Shown one piece after another: positions 1 through 11,077 of a stretch of 64,000 nucleotides of DNA. A program made the translations under genes and the position numbers. Source of the DNA: Antedon mediterranea (lineage: Eukaryota; Animalia; Echinodermata); contig NC_092678.1 in NCBI RefSeq assembly GCF_964355755.1, positions 25,189,365 through 25,253,364 on the forward strand, read 5' to 3'. The notes under the pieces are model-generated. The model ran no database searches and was not told the origin of the DNA. It worked only from the letters and a program-made list of their open reading frames with translations. The first letter of the stretch is position 1. Every line of letters begins with the position of its first letter.

Positions 1-339
1 TCTCGATCGAATAAACGCCCCTCTCGATCGAATGAACTCCCCTCTCGAATGAACTCCCCTCTCGAATGAACTCCCCTCTCGAAAAACTCCCCCTCCCCCC
101 CCCCCCGCCCTCGAATATACGCCCCTCTCTAATAAACGCCCCTCTAAACAACCCTCTCGAATAAACTCTCCTCGAATACAACCATAATATTATTTCCTCA
201 AATAAACGCCCTACCACATGCATACACATCATTGTTACCATATTACACCCAAAAATAAACACTTCCCCCGAATAATGCTTTCCTCTAATAAACCCTCCTA
301 AACAATAAACGCCCCAAGGAATTTATTCCAATAAATACA
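1..339. mobile_element. Right part of a TA-flanked MITE with an internal ~17-bp CTCGAATAAACGCCCCT-like array (left end outside the window)
   Basis: Ends in TTTATTCCAATAAATACAG|TA, identical to the right end of the element at 1972-2215; internal sequence is homologous to that copy. Confidence 0.6.
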
Positions 340-639
340 GTATGTAAATGGTTTCAATTATTTCATCTCCTAAGTAATTGTAATTAATTATATATGCAAT
401 GAGTCCTTTATTCTCATTAATTTTTATTAATTTTAAATATCTTCTATAATATCTATCTATAGTATAATAATATATCTATAATATCTCCTTTATAATATAT
501 CTATTTTTACATAGTGAAATACAGTATATAATATAATACAAGTTTAGTATTTAAAAATTGTTGAGGCTGAAATGATATAGTGTAATATTTTATATTTTAT
601 TTTAATTTACATAATTATAATATATCGGTTAAAAAAATA

Positions 640-829
640 GATTTACTCAATGGGCCGGAAGTTGTACCAGTAACCTATTGTACTGCAAGAAGACTGAGTT
701 TTGATTGGCTGATAGTTACTGTAATATCTGAATAAATTATGACGAATTCTGACTCGCAATAATTACGATAAACCGGGCGTTCCCATCCATTATTTTTGCA
801 TCTCATTCTGTCCTCCTGTACGGAAAAAG
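640..829 (+). promoter_or_regulatory. Putative promoter and non-coding first exon of TRIM copy A (paralogous region at ~2520-2713 for copy B)
   Basis: ETS-like CGGAAGT, reversed CCAAT box (GATTGG), donor AAG|GTAAAT, followed by a TAGGCCTA-rich intron start. Confidence 0.5.
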
Positions 830-1470
830 GTAAATATCTGCTGAAATTTAACTTGTATTTTGCTTAATTAGGATATTTTAGCATCACCTAGTATAAGTGT
901 ATTACTATGTAATTACTATGCATAATCAAATTTAAGCCTAAGATGTTTAACTTGACATATACATCGTTTTATATCTAGCTAGGAGGCTCAGACCACTGAC
1001 TGTGCACTCACTGAGAGATGCACTACTACTACTACTACTACTAATAGCTACTATTCTACTAGGCCTAGGCTAGGCACTCTTTACATGAGTGGAGATCATT
1101 CATTAGAGCAGACTTTCTGTGCTAATTAGCCTTCGACTACTAGCCTACTATAATATAATAATATTAATAGTACTCTGTAGAAATGCATGTACAGGTAATA
1201 AATGTTACTTAAGGTTTAAATTCTGAAATATTTCGCCCACGCCCCAAAAAAATGGGAAGACATGCAGAATATGTATAAGTAGTAATATTATTTGTTGTTT
1301 TGTCATGAATTTGTTTTCATTTACGGTAAGTTATATAGGTACATATTTTTGTAAATTTTTTTCGACTGAGGGAATTTGATGATTTTTATGTTGGGTGCAT
1401 TAGAACATGTAAACAAATGTGGAATGGTGAATAGAAGTTTATGTACCAAAATATCTTCTTTTCTTTCTTC

Positions 1471-1805
1471 AAGGACATATTCTTGTACTGTACCATTACC
1501 AGAATTGTTTAAAACAATTTGATAATGAGGGAAAGTTGATGAAGGTCCTTGTTAGTGAGGGTGATGAAGATGGTAAGGTGACGTACCCAAGAGGAGTAGT
1601 AGTTGATGATGATGATGACAATATCATTATATCAAGTTGGCACAAACTACAGCTATTTAGTAATAGTGGAAAGTTTATTAAAAGGATTGATAAAGAAGAA
1701 GATGGAATCAGCTATCCTTTTGGATTATGCATCTTATCACACCATCCACGTAGAGTAGCAGTGGCAAATGGTGGTGATAAAACAGTAAAAATATTTAATT
1801 ATTAA
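1471..1805 (+). pseudogene. TRIM-NHL copy A remnant: only the last NHL repeats remain after an internal deletion
   Basis: Intron pyrimidine tract joins directly to GHILVLY...DKTVKIFNY*, matching the C-terminus of 3493-5661; ~1.9 kb present in copy B is missing. Confidence 0.8.
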
Positions 1806-1971
1806 TACATGCTAGTATGCTCCATCCAGAAATATTTATAGTTTTCAAGTACAATATTTTTGTTAATTGTGTTAATTTAAGTTTTTCAAGTTATAGTTTC
1901 TCTTTGTTAACTGGTGTATTGAAAATATTGAAAGAAAATTAGTGTTAAAAAGGTAAATTAGACATCAATTA

Positions 1972-2215
1972 CCGTATTTATTCGAATAAATGCAACATCC
2001 CCACCACCCCCCCCCCCCTGGAATAAACGCACGCCCCGTCAAATAAACTCCCACTTGAATATAACCATAATATTATTTCCTTAAATAGATGCCACACCAC
2101 TTGCTTATGTACACAATATTGTTACCATAATTACACCCATAAAATAAACACTTCCCTCTAAAAAAAACCGTGCTGAACAATAAACACCACAAGAAATTTA
2201 TTCCAATAAATACAG
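1972..2215. mobile_element. Tc1/mariner-pogo-type MITE
   Basis: TIRs CCGTATTTATTCGAATAAAT / ATTTATTCCAATAAATACAG (18/20), TA on both sides. Confidence 0.7.
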
Positions 2216-3492
2216 TATGTAAATGGTTTCGATTATTTCATCTCTTAAATTCCAAGTAATTGTAATTTATATATGCAATGAGTCCTATATTCTCATTAAT
2301 TTTAATTAATTTTTAATATCTTGTATTTTTACATAGTGAAATACAGTATATAATATAACAAAAGTATATTATTTAAAAATTGTTTGACTTCTTTTCATCC
2401 AAACAATTACCATTTATATTAATAAAGTCTGAAATGATATAGTGTAATATTTTACATTTTATTATATAATTCACACAATATAATATGTATAATACATCGG
2501 TTCTAAAAATAGATTTTCTCAATGGGACGGAAGTTGTACCAGTGACCTATTGTACTGCAAGAAGACTGAGTTTTGATTGGCTGATAGTTACTGTCATATC
2601 TGAATAAATTATGACGAATTCTGATTCCAATTAAATTACGATAAACAGGCAGGGCGTTTACGGTTTTCTCATTCATTAAGTTTTGCATCTCATTTTGTCC
2701 TGTACGGAAAAAGGTAAATATCTGCTGAAATTAAACTTGTATTTTGATTAATTATGATATTTTAGCATCATCTAGTATATAAGTGTATTACTATGTATAA
2801 TCCAATTTAAGCTTACGATGTTTAACTTGACATTACATCGTTCTATATCTAGCTAGCTAGGCTAGAGGCTCAGACCACTGACTGTGCACTGAGAGATGCA
2901 CTAGGCTACTACTACTACCCACTACTAGCTACTACTCTACTAGGCCTATATGCTAGGCACTCTTTACATTAACATGATGATGAGAGTGGAGATCATTTAT
3001 TAGAGCAGAATTGTTGGACACTGTGCTAATTAGGCTTAGACTAGGCCTAGCCTACTACAATATAATATAATAAGTATCACCATAATAATATAATATAGGC
3101 CTAATAATAGTAGGCCTACTCTGTAGTAGTGTAGAAAGAAATGCACGTACAGGTAATAAATGTAATTTAAGGTTAGTCTGGTAAATTCTGAAATATTTCG
3201 CCCACGCCCCAAAAAATGGGACGGCATGCTGAATATGTATAAGTAGTACTATTATTTGTTGTTTTGTCATGAATTTGTTTTCATTTATGGTAAGTTATAT
3301 AGGTACATATTTTTGTAAATTTTTTTCTACTGAGGGAATTTGATGATTTTTATGTTGGGTGCATTGTATTAGAACATGTAAACAAATGTGGAATGGTGAA
3401 ATAAAGTTTATGTACCAAAATATCTTCTTTTTTTTCTTCTTTTTTTTTCTTTTTACCATTTACAATAATTTTTGTTCACAGATTAACTCAAG

Positions 3493-5661
3493 ATGGCTAC
3501 CGGTGGTGATTTGGCTAAATTTCTAGAAGATATCGATGAGAAGGTTCTAGAGTGTCAAATATGCTTAAATAGACTACATGAACCCAGAACCTTAACATGT
3601 CTTCACAGCTTCTGTTTGGGTTGTCTTGACAACTGGTTGAAGTCAAATAATAAAGAAACTTGTCCAACTTGCTCCAAATCTTATCAGATTCCTGAGGGTG
3701 GTTTAAGGAAATTACAACCCAACACTTTTCTGAATAATCTATTAGACACAATTGAACAATTTACAAATACAGATCAGACTAAATGTATTTGTGGAAAAGA
3801 AGGTCAATCTAAAACCTACTGTCAAGATTGCAGACAATATTTGTGCCACGATTGTAGTGATGCTCATAAGAATATTTCAGCTTGCAAAAATCACAAGTTG
3901 CATTCAGTGGAAGATGTTCAATCTATGAGTATTAGTGAAATCAATGCCATGCACCCGCCTCTGTGTTCCATCCACAACGAACCCTTAACAGTGTTTTGCA
4001 AAATATGCGATGTTGCCATTTGTATACACTGCCAACTCATGGATCACAAGGAATGGGAAGGAAAGGACAAACACACCGTAATCAGCATAACAGACGCGTT
4101 TAAAACATTTAAACAAACATCAACTGAATTGGAGAAAGTGGCAAAACAATGTACAGATAGATTAAATGATGATCTGAAAGTAATGACTGATCATGTAAAG
4201 AAACTAGATGAAAGAAGAGAAAAGAGTTTGAGAGAAATTGAAAATCATGTAGAGGAATTGGTAACAAGAATAAAGGAAAGTGGAGACAAATTAAAGAGTG
4301 AAATGGAGGCAATGTACAAAATAAAGAGGAAGGCAACTGATGCTGACATAGAGGATGTGACAACGACTGTATCGTATATAAACACTAACATCAATTTGCT
4401 GCATCACCTAAAGAAGAGCAACGAAGCAACGGCGATGTTATCTGGTAATAATGTTGTTAGAATACTGGATGAAAAGGTCAAAGAAGCTTCTGAAACAAAA
4501 TATGATGGAAATGCAGAGATTAACTTTGTTAAAAACAATCAACAAATTGCTTCATTGAACGAGGATATTGGAATGGTTACAGAATCAAGGGAAGCAAACT
4601 GCTTTGAAATAAGAGGAGCTGAGAGCATGACGACAGGACAAACGATTGATGTTAAAATAATTAAAACTGATGAATGTGAAATAAATGCAAATGACATAAA
4701 AGCTACATTGACACAACCAACAGGAAAAACTATCATCCCTGAAGTAGAAGAAGACATCAATGGTGACTATACTGTGATAGGTAGATGTACAAGTGCAGGG
4801 ATTTGCAAGGTTGATGTTAGAGTTGATGGTGAACACATTAAGAACTCACCAATGAGTATCAAAGTACAGAAAGAAGGAATAATAAACACTATAAAAATAG
4901 ATAATGTTAAAGAGGTTCATGATGTTGTTAAATATGGAGAAGATTGCTTGCTTGTTTCATGTCAAGATAATGTCATTCACAAATACAAGCAATCAGGAGA
5001 AAACATCGGTACGGTTACACTATCGGAAGGTGTGAAAGTAAACAGAATGTACACAATGAACAATGGTAATATAGCATTCAGTGATTTGGGTAATAAATGT
5101 ATCACATTATGCACTATCAATGGTGAGGTTGTTAAATCATTTGGTAAGGGAGTGTTGGTAAATCCATGGGGTATTCATGTGGATGAAGCATCACGTGTCA
5201 TGTATGTAGCTAAACATGACAATGTAGCCATGTTTAACATTGACAGTGGCAAGCTCATTAAGGAAATAGCAACATGTGATGTTACGGGTTTTAAATTTGG
5301 AAATATCGTGGATGTCACCCTTACAAGACAGGGACATATTCTTGTACTTTACCAAAATCAGAATTGCTTAAAACAATTTGATAACGAGGGAAATTTGATG
5401 AAGGTCATTGTCAGTGAGGGTGATGAAGATGGTAAGGTGACGTACCCACAAGAAGTAGTAGTTGATGATGATGACAATATCATAATATCAAGTTGGCACA
5501 AACTACAGCTATTTAGTAATAGTGGAAAGTTCATTAAAAGGATTGATAAGAAAGAAGATGGAATCAACTATCCAAGAGGATTATTCATCTTATCACACAA
5601 TCCACGTAGACTGGCAGTGGCAAATAATGGTGATAAAACAGTACAAATATTTAATTATTAA
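3493..5661 (+). CDS. TRIM-NHL E3 ubiquitin ligase (RING, B-box1, B-box2, coiled coil, filamin, NHL propeller; TRIM2/3/56/71-like), single coding exon, 722 aa
   Basis: RING CQIC...CLHSFCLGC...CPTC; B-box YCQDCRQYLCHDCSDAH; CSIH...FCKICDVAICIHC; filamin VDGEHIKNSPMSI; NHL repeats PWGIHVD and PRGL; acceptor TTCACAG at 3481. Confidence 0.92.
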   Translation: MATGGDLAKFLEDIDEKVLECQICLNRLHEPRTLTCLHSFCLGCLDNWLKSNNKETCPTCSKSYQIPEGGLRKLQPNTFLNNLLDTIEQFTNTDQTKCICGKEGQSKTYCQDCRQYLCHDCSDAHKNISACKNHKLHSVEDVQSMSISEINAMHPPLCSIHNEPLTVFCKICDVAICIHCQLMDHKEWEGKDKHTVISITDAFKTFKQTSTELEKVAKQCTDRLNDDLKVMTDHVKKLDERREKSLREIENHVEELVTRIKESGDKLKSEMEAMYKIKRKATDADIEDVTTTVSYINTNINLLHHLKKSNEATAMLSGNNVVRILDEKVKEASETKYDGNAEINFVKNNQQIASLNEDIGMVTESREANCFEIRGAESMTTGQTIDVKIIKTDECEINANDIKATLTQPTGKTIIPEVEEDINGDYTVIGRCTSAGICKVDVRVDGEHIKNSPMSIKVQKEGIINTIKIDNVKEVHDVVKYGEDCLLVSCQDNVIHKYKQSGENIGTVTLSEGVKVNRMYTMNNGNIAFSDLGNKCITLCTINGEVVKSFGKGVLVNPWGIHVDEASRVMYVAKHDNVAMFNIDSGKLIKEIATCDVTGFKFGNIVDVTLTRQGHILVLYQNQNCLKQFDNEGNLMKVIVSEGDEDGKVTYPQEVVVDDDDNIIISSWHKLQLFSNSGKFIKRIDKKEDGINYPRGLFILSHNPRRLAVANNGDKTVQIFNY

Positions 5662-6586
5662 ATAATAGTTAAATAACATTAACATGTGTTATTAACCTTA
5701 CAAAAATAATATACACAGTAATGTTACTTTCCGTATTTAACATAATTAATTAAATAAATCAACTTGTAAATATAATACAAACGTGTACAGATTACAGATA
5801 AAATGTTGTAATCTTATGCATAAATTAGGCTTATTGTTATATAACAATAATCATTTTAATTTCATTTACATATAATTTTATATTTTTGTGATAATATATT
5901 GTTATTGTTTATGAAGAAAATATTGTAATTGAAATCAGAGGCGTCTTAAAGCTAATGTTTTAGCTGGCGCCTCTGTGTAATATGTTGAATTAAAAACACA
6001 ATATTACTTATTACTCAAACTGTATATTCCCCAAGTCACGTAAGCTGACATGGTAGGATTTAAGTGATGACTTAAGTCAGGGAAACTTGTAGTGACGAGA
6101 GAGCACTTAAATGTTTTTAATATAGTACATTTTATTTTCACTTGAATGCTGTGGAACTATTATCTAACGTTAACTAGTGTGTTGATGATTATCAACAGTA
6201 TAATGTCAATAGTATCATAATATTTGAACATATAACCATATTTTGTATATTTCAGCCAAATTTAATTCTGTAAGTATATACTTATTAACACCTACAAATT
6301 CAGGACGCTATCGTGTAAAAAAAAAACAAGTATACTAAAAAATAAATGTTATTTTGCGTATAATTATAATAATCAGTTTATATCATGTTATGATCATATA
6401 TGATTATTAAATTAATTACCGTAGGTAACTATCTTATAGAAACATATTTTATTACACATTAATGAAACATTTCAACTGTATTTAGGTATAATCTAGTAAT
6501 ACTATAATTGTATATTGTGGTAGTTTTTGTACACTTAAATTAGACTGGTTTTTTTTGGCTTGAATCTTTAAAACTGAATAAATAAA

Positions 6587-7620
6587 CTAGACATGAAACT
6601 CGTCATTTTGACGAGTTAGTTATCCGCACGACAAACGCCGCGTGCACGTCATACGTTGAAATATTGCATACAAATTATGACCTGAAGTGAAAAATATGAT
6701 ATGTTAGTGCTGAATTCTGTCAATTTTGTGTCATATACAGTAGTATATACAGTATAAACAGTATAATCCATATACATATTACATACAGTGTAGAATAGGT
6801 GAAATTACGGGACCCGACATTTATTCCTATTTTTAACATGGCGACGATATCAAAATGAAACACTAAGATAGCAATTTCGGAAGGACATTATATCTGAAAC
6901 AACATATTAACGTGTAGAAGAAATTTGAATACGTAAAATATAGATGCGCGCTCTTTTAAATGTGATGAACTATGACGCAAAAGATGAAAATACGACTTTT
7001 TTTATTCGGCTGGCCATAAGATGACGTCACAACATCTGATTTGCAAAATGTTCACATGAATTCGTATCTGCAATCCAATAGCTTCCAGAAAACGTTTTAA
7101 TCATGATTATCACTTTTTATTCTGACGAGCTATAACAGATTGAAATTTACTGTAAAGATGAAAAAAAGTGACTCACGTTATTTACATTTTGAGACATGAT
7201 GCCGTCATAAAAATTAAAATACTTTTAAATAATGCGAAAGATAGTTGATTGACCTAGACAATATTAAAATCTCGTGGAAAATGGAATACGGATAAGCGAG
7301 TTGCGCTCTACTGAATGTGATGAGCAATAACCAAACAGACAAATGTTCTATATTTTATTTTCCAGTGGCCATACGATGACGTCACAATGTTTGTTTAACC
7401 AGGGAAGAGTTAATTTAACTCTTCCCTGGTTTAACCTTATTGATGCATGATCCGATATCTACAACTCGTCAACTTCTAGATTTTGTAATAAAAATAAACG
7501 GTTTACGGTTTACTTTAGAAACGACTGTTTAAAAAAAGATATTATTTTGACGATTTTTTAAGCTTTTTCATAAAAAACGCGCGCGAATTGTCTAATCTAA
7601 CGTGTTCGTATGGCGTTATT
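6587..7620 (-). mobile_element. Helitron/Helentron-like non-autonomous element, 3' end at 6587; inner boundary uncertain
   Basis: Minus strand reads hairpin AACTCGTCA-AAA-TGACGAGTT, 6 nt, then CTAG|T; two diverged ~355-bp internal repeats (GGCCATAAGATGACGTCACAA ~7012, GGCCATACGATGACGTCACAA ~7367). Confidence 0.5.
7400..7428. mobile_element. 29-bp TIR-only palindrome with 7-bp target duplication
   Basis: GTTTAAC-CAGGGAAGAGTTAATTTAACTCTTCCCTG-GTTTAAC. Confidence 0.75.
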
Positions 7621-7664
7621 TTAAGTGCAAAATATGGCGCGCCAAGCTGTCATTTATTCGGAAA

Positions 7665-8056
7665 TAAAGATATCTTAGTTTAAAACTAAGATATCTCTAT
7701 TAATAGAGATATCTCTAATAAAAACTAAGATATCTCTATTAAAAACTAAGATATCTCTATTTAAAATAGAGTTTTAGTTTTAAATAGAGATATCTAAGTT
7801 TTTATCAGAGATATCTTAGTTTTTAATAGAGATATCTCTATTAATAGAGATAACTCTATTAATAGAGATATCTCTATTTAAAACTAAGATATCTCTATTA
7901 AAAACTAAGATATCTTAGTTTTTAATAGAGATATCTCTATTAACAGAGATATCTCTATTAATAGAGATATCTCTATTTAAAACTAAGATATCTCTATTTA
8001 AAACTAAGATATCTCTATTAATAGAGATATCTCTATTAATAGAGATATCTTAGTTT
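7665..8056. repeat. Palindromic AGATATCT-core satellite array with units in mixed orientation
   Basis: About 20 GATATC-centred units built from AAAACTAAGATATCTCTATT, AATAGAGATATCTCTATT and reverse complements. Confidence 0.9.
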
Positions 8057-8621
8057 TTTTCCCGGTTCAGTGTTTTATGGGTAATACGATTTTCCATCTG
8101 TGACTGAGGTAAGGTCAAGTTCCTATTATTGTTAACAATATCTTATCGCAGTCCCAGTTGTAATATAGAGGCTATAATGAAATAAAATGGAACAAAGGCA
8201 GAAACAGAATGTTTGAGAGAAAATGATGAGGCTTATAATGAACACTTTCCATAAAGATAAAAACCATTGTATTTGATCACTATTTAATTGTAGATGATAG
8301 AATTTTCTATATGTACAGTTTTCGTGAAATAGCTTGGTGGATAATGCCGATCATTTTTAATTGTAAAACAAAATTGAAATACCTCTAGTTTTCTAGAAAT
8401 TTCACTCTTATTTATCTGGTTCGCGGTCAATGCCTAGAAAATTGTTTATAAAATACGTGTTATTCCAGGTACAGTCAGTGGGGAGAAGTAGAAGATGTAG
8501 ATGAAGATAATTGTTATTTCCATGTTTGTAAAACGAAATATAAATTTAAACGTGAACACGTCGATACTCATTGCAATAAAACCGACTATCGTCCTTTTCT
8601 TATTTTGTACAATATACTATA

Positions 8622-9701
8622 CAGGGCCGTAGCCAGGATCTGTCAAGGGGGGGTTCGCACACTAAGTATTTGGGTCACCCCCACCCCCATACCTACCCCC
8701 CCCCCCCCCCCCACTGGGGTGGGGCCTGAAGCAAAGCAAATTTTGTTAAATGACACCCCTAGATGGCCGGAAAAGACACTCTCATGCAGCATGCTACCAA
8801 TGAGCAAAACGATCGTACTTCTTGGACTCGTGGACTATTTAAACGATAACATTTGTTGCCGTTTGTTAGATGCGCGTGCTCTGTGCGGAACCGCCGATTG
8901 TTTGATCATTTACTCGATATTTTGTTTTGCGTTCAAGTTCAATGCGAACGTACGTCTAGGAGAAGCCCCGAAAAAAGCACACTGGGTGAAGGCAAATGCA
9001 ATTCTTATTATAGCTCTATCTATAATATTTATTTACAGTAATTTGTTGAGGAAATTAAATATGCCAATGTAAATAGGTGATACATATTGATACATTTGAG
9101 TACGTATCGGCTGGTGGTCTAGAAAAAAATAATCGGATGCCATAATGTGAACTACAGTACATGATACCATAGATATTATAGTGTAAAATATTAATATTCA
9201 CTATAATCCTCTATGATACATTATACTTCATAGCCACACATAAATACTGATGTATGTCGGAAGGCTATATACTTTATGCATGCTGCCCGACTGCCAGTGA
9301 TCTAAACAATTGGTACGCAGTTGTCTGGCGGTGTCCTTTGTACGAATCGTTCGGCCCCCAGCTCGCTGTGAGACGCGTCAATATCATGTTACATGCAGGG
9401 ACCAAACATTTATTTTTCAGGTTAAAATCGGCAATTCATTTGCAACTCTTAGAAATTTACAGACTATATCGCTCGAAGTACGCTCATAGATGGTACTGTA
9501 TGAGTTATTCCGAACGAGTTTACAAATTTTTTAATTTACGAACAACTTTTTGTACTGTGGAGCACGTATTTGGACGATTTTCGGAGATGAGGGTGAGGTA
9601 TTGGGCATGTCGGGGATGGGGGTTCGCAGTCGGTTAAGGAGGGTTCGCTGTAAAGGGGGGGTTCGCCCGAACCATAAAAACCCCCCCTGGCTACGGGCCT
9701 G
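8622..9701. mobile_element. Non-autonomous DNA transposon (hAT-like termini), 1080 bp
   Basis: TIR CAGGGCCGTAGCCAGG / CCTGGCTACGGGCCTG (15/16); CTATA on both flanks; subterminal GGGGGTTCGC repeats. Confidence 0.75.
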
Positions 9702-11077
9702 CTATATTAATCGGAAAGGGAAAAAATACTAGTTCGGAGAGAGCGCACCACATGTTTATTAATTGGTTATCCGCAACTTAGTTGCAGGATAACCCATGTG
9801 ATTGTAAATATCTTTTTTTTCATCATCTTCTTTGTTCTTCTTTCTTTCCCTGATTTTTGTGAGCAGATGAAGAATAGCGTTAAGGACACTAATACTTAAT
9901 AGGTAATTTTGCAGTGCTAGATGTATGTATAGAAAGTTTTAAAAAAAAGATTGTGGTAATTAATTCTTTTATAACTATTTCCAAGGGTTTTTATCAAATA
10001 AATACAATACATAAGTCACATCTGCTACTTCAAATTAGGCTAAATTCCATAATACGCTATTTGTGGAGTCAAGAATAACCTTTTCTATTTGTATTAATTG
10101 AGGAAATTCCCTCCATAAACGTTTCCGAGTAAAGGACAATGTTGCGTTCTTAACAATATAACTGTACATAAAAGAAGTAATCATGCTAGTCCAATAAAAA
10201 TGCATCAAAGCTTCATTATTCATATCAGAACCATTGTTTTAACATGCATCATTTGCGCCTGTCTACAAACAACTATCAAAACACTATCTATTGAGATAAG
10301 GTAGGTTATTCAATAAGGTAGTACTAGTAGTAGGTTAATGTTGATACCATGTCGTACTTCATGGTTTCGATAAGTGCACTGTTTTAGTATTTTATTAATA
10401 AACACAATCGTCATTCAATAATTAAATATAAAATAAATCGTCTTCATCTTCATTTTCGATGTAAGTTCTATGTCAAAATATTGAATAATACCACGAGTAG
10501 CCTATGTATCATACTTTTGGAAGTTAACTGCATATCGTCAGTTTTGAATACACAGCGAATAGAAATAAGAACTAATCCAGTTTAATAATATTCAGGGCGT
10601 GACTGGTGACGTCATGACAAATGTCACATAACCGATCGATTTATAATTATAAAAATCGATTTATAAACTAATTTCAGAGTATACCGATTGCCCGGGACTC
10701 TCTAACATTTGTAGATCAACTATGATTATTTACTACCAACTTAAACAAAAGGCTGTGGTACAATTTGGTAGAAGTAACATAATATAGCCCCCTATGAGAA
10801 GTGTAGAGTGTAATAATATAAATATACTAACGTCACGAGAATCATGACTAAACAATTAATTCATATCGGAACCATTTACTTGATCTCAGCAATTGGCCTT
10901 GTCTACATTAGTGATAGACTTGCGCCATAATGTATCTTTACAAAATATTAATTGAGTACGAAAAAATGAAAGACAATAAACTCAGTGAATTAGTAAATGT
11001 ATTTCACCATGTAAAAACAATTAAAATAAAAGGAAAATAACCATTAAAGTAATTATCAGTTCACAGATTAACACAGG

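Larger units (their letters stand above)
170..3430 (+). repeat. Tandem segmental duplication of the TRIM upstream unit (~170-1470 vs ~2060-3430)
   Basis: Colinear near-identity over MITE end, promoter-like region, CGGAAAAAG|GTAAAT donor (829/830 and 2713/2714) and intron. Confidence 0.9.

Noticed and set aside
8605-9732. ORFs of 155, 127, 62 and 60 aa inside the TIR element
   Set aside because: No transposase or other recognisable motifs; the proline run comes from a poly-C tract
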